A stretch of 63,819 bases of DNA, the filler included, from Reticulomyxa filosa (Eukaryota; Protista; Foraminifera): the NCBI GenBank assembly GCA_000512085.1. It is 22 parts of 22 records of this genome, joined end to end, with 100 filler letters (N's around TTAATTAATTAA, not from the genome) between each part and the next. Parts side by side here need not be neighbours in the genome. Positions count along the whole stretch, not along the records: positions 26,189 to 30,663 come from ASPP01020367.1; positions 30,764 to 31,860 come from ASPP01029980.1; positions 31,961 to 33,039 come from ASPP01016681.1; positions 33,140 to 34,925 come from ASPP01047887.1; positions 35,026 to 36,317 come from ASPP01013142.1; positions 36,418 to 38,228 come from ASPP01026080.1; positions 38,329 to 39,599 come from ASPP01022157.1; 15 more parts are not named here. One strand, 5' to 3'. The translations under genes and the position numbers were made by a program. The notes under the pieces were generated by a model. It was not told the origin of the DNA. It ran no database searches and saw nothing but the letters and a program-made list of their open reading frames with translations. How positions within the stretch are numbered: position 1 is the stretch's first letter; each line of letters begins with the position of its first letter. Below, piece by piece: positions 26,089 to 38,749 of the stretch.

Positions 26089-26244
26089 NNNNNNNNNNNN
26101 NNNNNNNNNNNNNNNNNNNNNNNNNNNNNNNNTTAATTAATTAANNNNNNNNNNNNNNNNNNNNNNNNNNNNNNNNNNNNNNNNNNNNTTTTTTTTTTTT
26201 CGATCGAACGTATACACCTTTCGTTCCCTTTTTTTTAAAAAAAA

Positions 26245-26717
26245 CTAAACTCTAATACAGCAACGCTCTCCACTGTCTCCTCCACAACAACAGCCATGCC
26301 ACTCTTCTCCAATAACGTAAGTTGTGGTAATTTTGTATCTCGGTTCAAAACAACCACACCATAACCAACGCAGCAAATAATACGACGTGGGTCGCTCAAA
26401 GCTGTTATATATTATATTGGGATTGATAAATGGATCGGGTTCGGGTTCGGGTGATTCTGGCTCTTTTTTTTGTTCAGGTTGGGCCCCTTCTGCTTGAACT
26501 TCGACTTCTTCCACAATTGTGACTGGTTCTGCCCCTTCGGGTAAATCTTGACCGCCTGCGTATTGTTGCTGCTGCAATTTGGCATGTGTATCTTGTATTT
26601 TTTGTTTTGGTTAATCAGTTCTTGCAATTGCTTTTGCCTTTCATCATTTCGCATGTTTGCCAACGTGGCATCCACTGTTGTATCAATTATATTTTCTCCT
26701 ATGTTGTTGTTTGCCAT
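26245..26717 (-). CDS. Hypothetical protein with Cys-rich, possibly bPH_2-like domain start, 3'-partial
   Basis: Two ORFs are joined by an A-run frameshift near 26600. LLRWLWCGCFEPRYKITTTYVIGEEWHGCCCGG weakly resembles the YxIT start of bacterial-type PH domains. Confidence 0.4.
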
Positions 26718-27627
26718 TCTTTTAGTGTTATGTTATCCTCAAGTCTTTTTTTTGCTTCGAAGGGCGTGAACCTTTAGTTTTTTTGTTTTCGTTGAATTGC
26801 TGTTGATGGTGATGGAATTAGTGTGCTTAAGACATGACCATTGCCACTGATTTGTAATAAATTTTTTCCATAATTTAATTTTTTTTTGTAAGGCTATCTT
26901 TTGTAACTTACCGAACTTTTGAAATCAATCTTACTGGTCAACACAAACTATATTTTTGCAACGGAAAGATCAAAGCTTAACTTATTTATTACTTGTTTAC
27001 TAATCCATACATATTTGTTGAAATACTTTCGATACTTCCTTTGTCACTACTTCAATAGCTTTTCTTTGTTTTCCATTTTTAATGCATATTTAGACTATTC
27101 TATCAACTTTTTTATTCAAGCGTCCGACAAAGAAAAGTACTATTGGATTATTTAGCATTTTTTCTAGTAATTCATTTTTCAAAACAAAAATTTTTAAACT
27201 TAGATTTTTCACAAACGAAAAGTAGAAATAATGACTTCACACGTCGTTGATGGTAATTAATTGTTGGTATTTGAGAAATTTTTCAAATACAAAAATTCTG
27301 TTTTGTTACTAAGTGAAATAATTTTTCTCTAATTAAATATACTGCATAGTTTCTATTCTCTTATTAAACGTTTGTTATCACGATCAAGTGAAATAATGTA
27401 CTTTTTGAATGATAATCTTTTAATTTTATATCGTAGACATTCGTTTTCATTTTTATGATTTTAAACTTTCTAAATCTGAATTATTCTTATTATTTTGGTT
27501 GCATATATGTACATATAAGTTGCAAATTTCACTCGGGCTATTACATTATTTATATTTTTTTTTTAGTTCGTGACGCAACCGTTTTTTTTAAAAGCTGAGT
27601 TTTTTTTTGTTCAATGAAATAAATAAA

Positions 27628-29538
27628 ATGTCATCAGCCCTTGGTATTTTTCATGTTGTATCTGACTCTGATACTTGTAATGTGTTGATTGTGTCTTATG
27701 TTATTTTGTTTGTATAAAGAAGAGAGGCCTTACACTGTTCACACACGCGTGTGTACCTTATAGCAAGCCTAGTATCAACAGTGTCAAATGAGAAGAATAA
27801 AAAAGAAAAGGAGATGCAAATGTTGATATCTGTCCCAACAGAGACGGAGCAGATTGTATCGGCATTTGCATCCCTTCCCTCTAATGCAACCACTGTGAAT
27901 GTGATCCAATGGATGAAGCAAGGAACTGCCATGGTATGGAAAAACAAATACAAAAAATTTTTTTGTATATATACATATGTTTATATTTTTTTTTAAAGGT
28001 AACAAATAAATATAAAAATCTATGAATTATACGTACGCATATTAAAAAAAAAAAAAAAACACCAAAGCTAAAACAAGGACAACACGGCAAGCCAAAGTAT
28101 CGACTGTTTGAATTATCCAACGACAACTTGTGGTTGCAATGGTATTCTGACCAAAAGACTCTGTTCGAATCCAAATTATTTGTGCCCAGTTTCGATACTA
28201 TACAAAAGCAACAACAGAATATTTTATTCTCAAAAAATGGATAATAAATAAAAAAGGTATACTGAAAATCGGCATTGGCGAGGAATCAGAGATGGAAAAC
28301 GAGAATTTGCAAAATGTTCATTAACTATTCAATACGTGTATTTTGCGAAGACCCGAAAGGTGTGCAAATTAAATATCACGTGCAAGCAAGTTGAAGATGC
28401 TAATTTATGGTTCTTCGGATTGTCCAACCTCATGCTTTTGTGTCGGTTCGTTTTTTGTTTTTTTTTTTTTTTAATAAATAAAAAATATAAATAAAAAAAT
28501 TGCAAAGACAAGGCAAGAATATAACCACTGTCCACTATCTCGAGGCAACCGTTCAAAAATGCAATGCAATTGATCATGCCATTGTGTTGTATGCTCTTCA
28601 AGAGTTAATTTGTGACTGTGCATGTATGTGCTATAGCCCATATAATTGCGACTATCTATGTGCCATGTACGCTTTTTTTTTTTTTTTTTTTTTTTGTATG
28701 TATGTGCTTGGTGTGTATGTTGATAAGGTTAGCGTCAGAGATACCGATATTCAAAGGGTCACATAAATTGTTTGGCCGGTCTCTACCATTGATCACACAG
28801 CCTTCAATAGCGACAGACGTGAATGCGTGGATTTCTCCGAAAAAGAGTCGAAAGTATGAACGGAACTTTGAAAAACTTTTGAAAATGTACCACAACTTGT
28901 GTCGTCAATACAAACGATCTGTCCATCGTTTCCGTCAACTCGAGCTTTCCTCCACTGTCGATCTTACCAAACCGGTTTTCGTCCAGATTCAAAGCGTATT
29001 GCATTCCTTTCATCAACGCTTGGCACAAATTCATGATCAATTGCAACAATACTATACACTGTTTCTTAACCCCCTTTCCGATACAAGCAGTCCACACGGC
29101 TACGACACATCACTATTTGATCGTCATATTCACTTTGTTCAAAATGTGGCCAAGATCAACAAGTTGGATTGGACTGCATTTGAGAGTGAAAGTGAAAGTG
29201 AGGATGGCAATGAAGATGATATCGAACACGAGGGAGAGGGTGGGGATGTGAATGTACATCAAGAGGAGGATGGAAAGTATAAACATGAGGACGAAGATGA
29301 AGATGACGACGATGATGAAGAAAATAAAGAGAAGAATGAGAGTGCGGGTGAAAAGAAAGAACAAATTACGAAGGACGCTGTCGAAACTGAAGAAACGCAA
29401 TCGCCAAAAGAGGCCACTAAAAACAGGTACCAATTTCTTGCAGATATACATGTCCAATTAATCTCCATTTTTATTGATCTACACTCATGGGCGTCAAAGA
29501 TTCAAATTGTTGTTTCATCACCTTATTTATTTGTATAA
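27628..29538 (+). CDS. PH-domain protein (PLC/Mcp5-type PH) with acidic C-terminal region, multi-exon
   Basis: WMKQGTAM, intron, LKQGQHGKPKYRLFELSNDNLWLQWYS...SLTIQY...LNITCKQVEDANLWFFGL follows the PLC-type PH pattern. The start codon is tentative. Confidence 0.65.
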
Positions 29539-30763
29539 CGCATTTTAGACATTTTTCATTATGTTGTTAGTCTTTTTTTTTTGTTTGTTTTTATCCTAAC
29601 AATTTTTCATATCTTCTTATATTTTTTTGTGACTGTAAATCACTTTCGTTTTATTAAAGCACTCTGTTTTTGTTGTTGGTCGAAGAGTTTTTATAATCGT
29701 TCACCTCCATTCTCTTAGATTTTAATTAATGTACTAAAGACAAAGCACAATGATAGTCTTTTTTTCTCTTATTGAAAACAAAGACTTTTAAGTAGTTTGC
29801 TTTTTTAATAAGAAAAATAGAGATGGTAATCAAACAAGGAAGTTTACAACACAACTGAGAAATATGCATGATATTTTTTGGAAGGAATAACTCTTCGAAA
29901 ACACAACAAAAAACTTCTATACGCCAATCGAAAGTACAATAATCGACTGTTTTGTTGAGAAAAGGAAGAAAAAAAACATTTCGTGTATCACAACACTCAA
30001 ACAGCTTGGAAATCAGTTGCGATGCTATTTCATACTTTCATTTATATTTGCACTCGCATAGATTTTGCACGCAAACTGCAGTTCAACTCAAAGGCAAAAG
30101 TGTCTAAGACAGCTGCCAGAACAATATCAATCTTTTCGTCTAGTCCTGAGACATTGGCATTGGAAAAAAAGAGCTTTGTTGAACGTGTTCCTTTGAGCAT
30201 TATCGACGGCAAAGGGGTTGGATGACTGCTTTCAATAATGTCCTCTCACTTCCTTTTTTTTTAAGTCAAACCCTCCGGGATACATTATTTTTTTTTAACC
30301 TCGGAAGTTCGCAAAAGTTAACGATGTCCGCAAGTCGGCGATGGTATGTTTTGGATACTTTCATTGATTGGTCACATGGAATAAACGCACAGCCTCTTGC
30401 CATTGGCGACCACAGCATAGCTTTTTTTTTGTCTTCATTTCTTTGCAATCGTCCAGCTCATTTGCCCTGACTTTGATATTAATAGCATCTCATAAATCAA
30501 TGTGCATTCTTTGCTTTGTCTTTGCTAGCTTCCGTGTTTATATTTGTATTCGTAATATATCCGTTTTCATTACGTCGTTGGTCTTCAATTCCATAATGCA
30601 TACCTTCATTTCCAGTGCATCCCAAAGTCGTACGTTGAGACACTACGCGAGATTAACGACAGCNNNNNNNNNNNNNNNNNNNNNNNNNNNNNNNNNNNNN
30701 NNNNNNNTTAATTAATTAANNNNNNNNNNNNNNNNNNNNNNNNNNNNNNNNNNNNNNNNNNNN

Positions 30764-31057
30764 AACGTACTCGATCGCCAGGACCGCCCCCATGCCGGCG
30801 TCGTGATCGTTGGACGATCTGTAGGGGTACACGACCTGTTTCGCCGGCTTCAGCTTGACGGCGAAGGCCCCGAAAGACGGCAACACCTGGCCCGTTTCGA
30901 AGGTAGGCATCGGGTCTGCCAGAAGGTCGACCTGTGTCCCCAACGGCGTGGAACTGTAGCGGACGCAGTCCCCGGCCCGTGCATCGAGGGCGGTGGTCAA
31001 CAGGGTTGATGAGGCAACGGCGAAGAGGCCGAGACAAGAGGGGAGGCGGTGAACCAT
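30764..31057 (-). CDS. Bacterial putative secreted protein, 3'-partial
   Basis: ATG at 31057 is preceded by a GGAG ribosome-binding site. Signal-peptide-like MVHRLPSCLGLFAVASSTLLTTALDARA. GC-rich contig. Confidence 0.6.
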
Positions 31058-31168
31058 GGATAGCTCCGTCCTTTTCCGCAGATGCGAGAGGTGTGCGGCT
31101 GGAACGTTAGCTGTCGTGCGTGCGAGGATTGTCACGCATATGCAGCACAAGAGACTATCGATTCGTTC

Positions 31169-31860
31169 CTAAACGACCCCGGCCAGTGAACGCGAAACCA
31201 GCAACACGAGTTCTAGCTGCGAATTGGTATCGGTTCTTGCCATGGCGCGGCTGAGCAGTGTTCGCGCGGTGTGATAGGAAATTCTGGCTCGGCTTGCATA
31301 GCTGGGAAGGTTGACGCCACTCAACAGAGCCAGGACGAGTCTCGCCTCACTCACTGGAAACCCGAAGATCTGTCTCAGCGGTGTCAGATCCGAGGTCGCA
31401 AACTGCTCAGGATTCGTGATGAGCAGTAGAACGGCATGGGATCTCGCGCCGCCAACGGACGATGTCACCGGAGAAACGAGCGCTGCGTACGCTGGATTGC
31501 CTTCCTTGCGGCGAATCCGAACATGGCCACCCGCGGCGGCGACACTTCCACTGCCAAAATCCCGCTTTTGTACGCCTCGGATGACGTGCTGAAGGCGCTT
31601 GTCGTCATCGGGAAATAGGGCGCGCAAGCCCTGAGGAACTCGCAGCAGGCCGTCGGCCCTTCGCAATATCGCCTCACCTGCTTCGTTCACATGCAGCAGA
31701 TGTCCATTTGATGCCAAGAGGACGACACCAATCCGAAGCTTGTCAAAGGCGGCGAGCGCAAGTTGGCTTGCAGAATCTGCGTTGCGAAGTCTCTGTCGAA
31801 TCTCCAACGATCTTTGCAGATGCGGCAGCAGCCGGGACAGGTGATCGACCGCGGTTATCT
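31169..31860 (-). CDS. Bacterial LuxR-type HTH transcriptional regulator with PAS-like domain, 5'-partial
   Basis: AAFDKLRIGVVLLASNGHLLHVNEAGEAIL (PAS-like) and LRQIFGFPVSEARLVLALLSG...ISYHTARTLLSRAMARTDTNSQLELV (LuxR HTH). No introns, high GC. Confidence 0.88.
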
Positions 31861-32016
31861 NNNNNNNNNNNNNNNNNNNNNNNNNNNNNNNNNNNNNNNN
31901 NNNNTTAATTAATTAANNNNNNNNNNNNNNNNNNNNNNNNNNNNNNNNNNNNNNNNNNNNAAAAAAAAAAAAAAAGCTGGAGCAATAGTTTAAAAAAAAT
32001 AAAAAAGCACATGACA

Positions 32017-32413
32017 TTAAGTACCTTGCCCAATTCCATGAATGACACAGTCATCTTTCAAGCGCAAAATGCGACGTGCACGGACGAGATAGGGACGCAG
32101 TGCCTTTCGTTTGCGATCCGCAGCTCCAGTCACATTGACGTGGTTGGTGCGAGGCGCTTGGCCGAGCACTGGCACGCGAAGGAAGCCTGGATTGCTATCG
32201 TCAGGCTGGGCGACCTGCATGGGATGAATGGAGAGATACTGATGCTTGCGCGAATAAGGGTCATGCACATGGTTGTACAAGCTGCTCGACTGTATGGCTC
32301 GTCGACGGGTGTTCTCCGAGACCGATACTGAGATTGGGACAGACATACCATTCAAACCCAATCTATCGACAACGACGACATGATTGGAAGATTCGTAATG
32401 ATTATTGGTGTTA

Positions 32414-32484
<71 letters not shown>

Positions 32485-32998
32485 GTTATTGTTGCTATTG
32501 TAGGTACTGCCGCTGTTGCCACCAACACCACCACTACTGCTACTGCTACTACTACTACTACTACTACTGCTACTACCACCGCCACTGCTACTGCTGCTGC
32601 TGTTACTGTACCCGTACCCATAGCCGCCGACGTAGCCGTGAGATGACGATGTCCTCAGTATTTCGTTAGTTGGTGAACACAGCGTCAAATAGTTGTGTCC
32701 ATTTACATTTACATTTACATTTGCATTTGCATTAATATTTGCATTAATATTTGCATTAATATTTGCATTTGCATTTGCATTTGTGGCTGTCGTTGCAGCT
32801 ACAGTTGCGTTTCCAATGTTTCCATACGACATACTTACCCCATTGCTCACTGAAGCGGGAAGGCCGCCGAGTCCAGATGCTCCCAATGACATTGTCAACC
32901 CACCGCCACTACTGGTTACGTTGCTTCGGATGTGGTCTCCTGTCAATTCTTCCATATAACGTGACATTGCCGAAAATGGTACTGACTGCAACAATGGC

Positions 32999-33000
<2 letters not shown>
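32017..33000 (-). CDS. Internal exon of a low-complexity (poly-N/S/G) eukaryotic protein
   Basis: 327-codon open frame with an A-run plus AG acceptor at about 32999 and a GTAC donor near 32024. Non-repetitive segments flank the homopeptides. No domain recognised. Confidence 0.6.
32399..32610. repeat. Trinucleotide microsatellites (ATT)n and (ACT/GCT)n within coding sequence
   Basis: Directly visible. They encode poly-Asn and poly-Ser on the minus strand. Confidence 0.95.
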
Positions 33001-33039
<39 letters not shown>

Positions 33040-33139
33040 NNNNNNNNNNNNNNNNNNNNNNNNNNNNNNNNNNNNNNNNNNNNTTAATTAATTAANNNNN
33101 NNNNNNNNNNNNNNNNNNNNNNNNNNNNNNNNNNNNNNN

Positions 33140-34925
33140 GGAGGGGCGCACTATGTAAAAATCGACCATGTTTGAAAATGCACGATACTCGATATCTCCC
33201 CGGGAGCTTATGATTTCTCCCATAGTACGCGCATGATTCAAAGCCAAATTTGCGCATGTGCGCACACACGACTAGTTTCAACACGCATGCCCAATCCGTG
33301 TGTTTCGATTGTTGTCTTGTGCTTATAAAATTAGCACCATTTCTATGACGACTAGGTTTCCCTTGCTCGCTGGCGCCAGTAGATCGTAGTTGGACACTTT
33401 CTTTGTGGATAATTGCTGACTTGATACAGCGCCAGAGACTTTTGTCTACCTACGTTAATGGAAAGCAAGTTCTTCCAAATAAGTCAGGCTACCACTCCAA
33501 GACATTGTCATACTCGTTCAACACTTTTGCGAGAGGCGACTTTGCGCGTTTCCGGATGTACAAGGCAAGTCTATAAAGCCAATTTCAATATAGCCGGTCT
33601 ACTGGTTGTTTTTATTTTATTTTTTTTAAAACAAATTTAACACGATAAAAGTTCGGAACTCTCTTTCTCAGCGTCTTCCTCCTCATCTTCATCTTCATCT
33701 TCTTGCTTGCTGGTGTCTTGTTAGTCTCGCAGGCTAAATTGAACCACTCTTACAGGCGATTGTTCTCACGACGCAGTTTGCTCGATGTCCATATAAGTTT
33801 TGTTTTTTTTTTTGACAACGGTCCTTACTTTTTCTTGCTCGCCTTCAACTTCTTCGTCGGTCCAGTCGCTGTCGTCGCTACACCATAATATCGACATTGT
33901 TTTCACTTTGAGTGTTGTCACCATTTCCTTTTTTTTCTTACTGGCGAGCTTGCTTTTACATTTGGCGGCACCAGAGAATCTTGCCCCCCAATGTCACAGC
34001 TCCATATCGCGATGTTTTCCAACTGCAAGCCATCTGCTCTCCTTGCCCTTGTGACGATGGACATACTCTCACTTGTTCTTTGGCGCTGGTAGATAACATT
34101 TCGATGCCGTCTTTGGTGCTGTGCCACTCCAAGAGTTATCCACAAACTTGATTGCACCTAAGCTGATATCAAACAAATTTCTTCTAATGTTTCGAGTCAA
34201 CATTGCCAGACTTGCCACTCCTTTAACATTTTTCATTGGGCGCTCCATATGAAGTTAGCCCACGCCCGCGAGTGGCGACTTTGCGCGTTTCTATATATGA
34301 AAATTTCATCACTAATTTAACAAATCCAGTCGACATGTTGTTTTTTTTTCTTTTCAAACAAATCCAACGCAGTATAGCCACACCAAACTATCATAATTCT
34401 TTCTTTGTTTGCCACTGATCTTGGCTTTAGTTTCATAAATTTTTCCACCAACTCGAGCCATCCGCACAGGTATTTTTTTTCTGCTGCTTGATCCATTCGC
34501 GCGTGTAACAATGCGCACACTTCCAAGTTTCCAGGGAACAATATCCCTTTCAAATTCTCCAACGTTTTTTTTCTTTTTTTCTCTTTTTTCTCTTTTTTTC
34601 TCCGTTTTTTTCCTATATTTTTTCTATCTTTTTTTTTCCTTCATTTTTTCTCATTGTCATTTTTTTTCTTTTAAATTTTTCATCATTTTTCATTTATTTC
34701 TTCATTTTTCTTAATAAAAATTTTTAAAAATCATTTTTCCCACTCCATTTTTCCCATTTATTCCATTGTTCCCCCCCCCTTTTTCCCAATTTATTTTCAA
34801 TATTTTCCCATTTATTTTATTTTCCAATCACTTTTTTTTCAACAAATTTTTCCATCAATTTTTTCTTTTCCCCCCAAATGTTCAATATCCCTATACTCTC
34901 AAAAAAAATAAATAATAAAAAAAAT
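33140..34925 (-). repeat. Compound repeat element, copy B (homologous to 13020-15010)
   Basis: The reverse complement of 34271-34286 is identical to 13721-13736, with a second unit at 33532-33547. The reverse complement of 33244-33265 matches 14006-14027 at 21/22. Leader 34844-34879 matches 13071-13105. Confidence 0.8.
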
Positions 34926-35025
34926 NNNNNNNNNNNNNNNNNNNNNNNNNNNNNNNNNNNNNNNNNNNNTTAATTAATTAANNNNNNNNNNNNNNNNNNN
35001 NNNNNNNNNNNNNNNNNNNNNNNNN

Positions 35026-35062
<37 letters not shown>

Positions 35063-35117
35063 GTCAAATTTTTTTTTTTTTTTTTAAATTTTTGGCTAAA
35101 AAAAAAAAAAAAAAAAG

Positions 35118-36270
35118 ATATATGGCAATTCGTCAATACTTTCAAGCATTACAAATAGTATACCCGGCAACGGTTGTGAGCGTGATATCAATCGCGATGA
35201 ATATACTGTTCAACCAGTTGTTGATCCATGGTATCCACCTGGGATCGTTGCACATGAAAGGATTGGGATTCAAAGGCAGCCCATTGGCGACGACAGTGAG
35301 CATAACATTTCAGTTGCTGCTATTCTACAGCTACGCGATAATGTTCCGCAAGTACCACAAGAAGGCGTGGACCGGCTGGACAAGGGAGTCGTTTCGACGA
35401 GAACGCATAAACAATTTCCTGAAAATTGTGGTGCCCATTACATTGGCCGACGCGTCGCAAAACTGGGCATATCAATTTGTGTCATTGCAAAGTGGTCGAC
35501 TGGCCGAGCACGACGTGGCTTCCATCAGCGTGGCGTATAACCTGTTCGGTGTGTTGTGGTCGTTCTATTGGGGGTTCGGTTTGGCTGTCATTGTCCGCAC
35601 CGGGAGATATATCGGCGAAGGGGACATATCCGGATTGAAGCTACTGATTGTCGCGTCGTTGATCACTATTACATGCATTTGCATTGTGGTCGCCACTCTT
35701 ATTTACGTATTCCGTGATTTTATTGCCAGCATTTATACTGACGATCCTCAGGTCAAACACTTGCTCTCCGAACTCATGCCGATCTTGGGAGTGGCCTTCA
35801 TCTGCGGTGGTGTCGGCTGGTGTGCTAGTGCTGTGCTGGAAGGGTCCTCGCGCAATCGGGCTCGTGGCATTGTTGGCATGTCTTGCGCGTGGATTGTGTA
35901 TTTCCCTGTTGCGTCTTTTCTCGCTTTTTACGCACCGCAAAAATGGAGGGATCGACTCCCTCTTTCTCCCGTTTGCTTGATTTGGATGACGTCTCTTCTT
36001 GTTAATATTATCAACGGCTGTATCTACTGGTTCTTAGTCTTGCGCACCGATTGGCATCAACAGATCTTGCAGGCCAAGACTAGAAGCGAAACTCTGCTAC
36101 AAAGCAAACCCAAACCAGATACTGCACGCGATGAACTAAGGCAGTCTTTGATTCCGGCCGAACAACCCACTCATGATGATAATGACATGGACTATTCTTC
36201 GCCACGTGGTGATGCTCTACTTTCTTCAAACCCACCAATGGTGCAAGATGCTGGAAATAGTGTTCAATGA
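35118..36270 (+). CDS. MATE-family (multidrug and toxic compound extrusion) transporter, 5'-partial
   Basis: RQYFQALQIV...NILFNQLLI...GLGFKGSPLAT...WTGWTRESF...VRTGRYIGEG...SAVLEGSSR, with multiple hydrophobic helices. Confidence 0.92.
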
Positions 36271-36278
36271 ATCCTTCA

Positions 36279-36317
<39 letters not shown>

Positions 36318-36417
36318 NNNNNNNNNNNNNNNNNNNNNNNNNNNNNNNNNNNNNNNNNNNNTTAATTAATTAANNNNNNNNNNNNNNNNNNNNNNNNNNN
36401 NNNNNNNNNNNNNNNNN

Positions 36418-36798
36418 GGATTATTAAATACAATATTATCTGGATCATTCGATAAAAGTGTTCGTTTGTGGGATATTCGATCTGGTCAACAAATTCAAGT
36501 GTTCAATGGACATACTCATTGGGTGTATGCTGTTGAATATTCACCATTTGTAATAAATGATATCCTTGGTAATTCGAATGTGATATGTTCTGGATCATGG
36601 GATAATACAATTCGATTTTGGGATATTCGATCAAATAAGAACGAATTGTATATGATCAAAGGAGATGATAAAGAAGATAGTGGAATACTGTGTCTTAAAT
36701 TTATTGTATTGAAAAAGAAAGAGAAGACAAATAATGTTATATATGATTTGAATTTGTGTTATGGTTCATACAATGGTCCCATTCGTATTTGGGGATAA
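36418..36798 (+). CDS. WD40-repeat protein paralog, C-terminal part
   Basis: SGSFDKSVRLWDIRSGQQIQVFNGH...ICSGSWDNTIRFWDIRS...GPIRIWG, closely similar to 24780-25169. Confidence 0.9.
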   Translation, partial: GLLNTILSGSFDKSVRLWDIRSGQQIQVFNGHTHWVYAVEYSPFVINDILGNSNVICSGSWDNTIRFWDIRSNKNELYMIKGDDKEDSGILCLKFIVLKKKEKTNNVIYDLNLCYGSYNGPIRIWG

Positions 36799-38749
36799 TT
36801 TACATTTCTTTAAATAAGAAATGAAAATATTTTTTGTTTGAAAAGTTTGATTAAAAGAAAAGTAAGATGATATTAAACTTGTTTGATTTGGTTGAATGCA
36901 AGCATTGAAAGATGTGTTCTATCTTACTTTGTTGTTTAAAGAAAATTTAAAAAGCTGCGTTCAATGTTTTTTAAAAAATTTAAAGCATAAGGAATGAAAA
37001 TTATATCCAAATATTAAAATAAATTGCAAGATATTTCAAATATTGTGTTTTTTTCATTTCAAAGCACTATTATTTTTTAAAATTGTTTTTTTTTTTTGTA
37101 TAGTATCGAACACTTAAAACAAGATAGAGTAAAAAGGACAACAAAGTGCATTATCAAAAACAACATTCTCCTGAGTCAAGATATAAACGATTAGTAATTT
37201 AAAAAAATGCAATCAGATAAAGAGATTCTCCAATATCTCAGGAATAGTTCATCTGTATGATTATTTTTCTTTTGAAACAAGCCAATTAAAGAAAAGGAAT
37301 GAGCACACTCAAAATTTAAAAAAAATATATTTGACAACATCTTCTATTTGATTTAATGCCTTGCAACATCAATTTTCCTTTTTCTGTTTTTGAAGATAAG
37401 TATACAATTGAATGAGGGCCCGAATATTACACATTAAACTAGAGCAATTTTGACAAGCTTTTTCATCTTTGAGATACACTGATTATGTGAATGGTATTGA
37501 TATTTTCACTGTCACATTAAAGACTGAATTTTATCGATCAACACATTGCAAAAACTAATTTGCTATCCTTCTTTCATTGATAAATGCATTTGTGTTTTTT
37601 TTACACACAAACAAATAACATGCTTTAGTGATTGTTGAATCTTTTTATTTATTCTTTTCTTTTCTTTTGTCATTGTGCAAAAAAAATCTGAAAAATATTC
37701 TTGCCTATTGTCGTTCATGCTTTTATGTTTTTTTGAAATGGATAAATAGCATTTTAAGGACATACACAACAATAACACAAAATATTGCAACGAAGCAACG
37801 AAATCCATTTGCATTCATAATTTGTTTTTTGTATGATAAGAATAACAATCTTTTTTCTCAAGACATCCACAAATGAGGAGTTTATCTGTAGAAAATAGAG
37901 TGAGCAGGAGGGGTAACTAATATAGCACCGCTTGGGCATTATTGTGTGGCAAGACGTTGTACAAAAGTGTGGCCCACTACGAATACCACTTTCCATTTAT
38001 TGACGACTTGCAGGTCAAGGTCACACTTTTAAAAAAAAGGACTGCAAAATTCCCCTATTTTATGTAAGACACGTTTATGACACACGAATGTATATACAAT
38101 AGTATTTCTAAATATTTGATTCGCAAAATTGATGACGTTGTGGATGTTGTCAAAAATCTAACAATCAAATTTGGCTCCAAATTGGACATCAAAAATATAT
38201 CTACTGACATCACTCCAAAATTAGCAAANNNNNNNNNNNNNNNNNNNNNNNNNNNNNNNNNNNNNNNNNNNNTTAATTAATTAANNNNNNNNNNNNNNNN
38301 NNNNNNNNNNNNNNNNNNNNNNNNNNNNACTCTTCAAAATGCTCACGAAAGTGAAAATCAAGAATGAATTAGTGAAGAAGAAAATATTCTCTAAATGATT
38401 TTCGAAAAAAAATTGTATAAAAAAAATGAATGTAATAAAGAAAGTCTTAGGTAAAAATCATTCATACAAGTAAAAGAAATTAGATTATGCACAAAGAAGT
38501 GCAATATCAAAAAGAAAAAAGCAAAACAATACAAAAAACTGTTTTTGTCTCGTTAACAAAGTTTAATCAACGGGGGGGCGAACAATGTTCAATTTTCCTT
38601 AAGGCAAATTTTCAAGATATTTAAAATAAATTTTTTATGTATAAACTTTTTCGCGATCCTTCGGTCCTCCTTTTTTATTTTTTAAAAAATTACAATTTGC
38701 AAATATATATATTGTTTACAGTCGAAATTTACTGTAAATAAATGGAATA

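Noticed and set aside
29983-30663. Coding-like minus-strand sequence at the end of contig 8 (similarly 37860-38228, 40323-40900 and 47566-47820)
   Set aside because: Frames are short or interrupted and no motif was recognisable, so no product can be supported.
32334-32669. Poly-Tyr and poly-Ile ORFs (also 1007-1322 and 1503-1814)
   Set aside because: These are alternative-frame readings of trinucleotide microsatellites in real poly-N/D/S coding regions.
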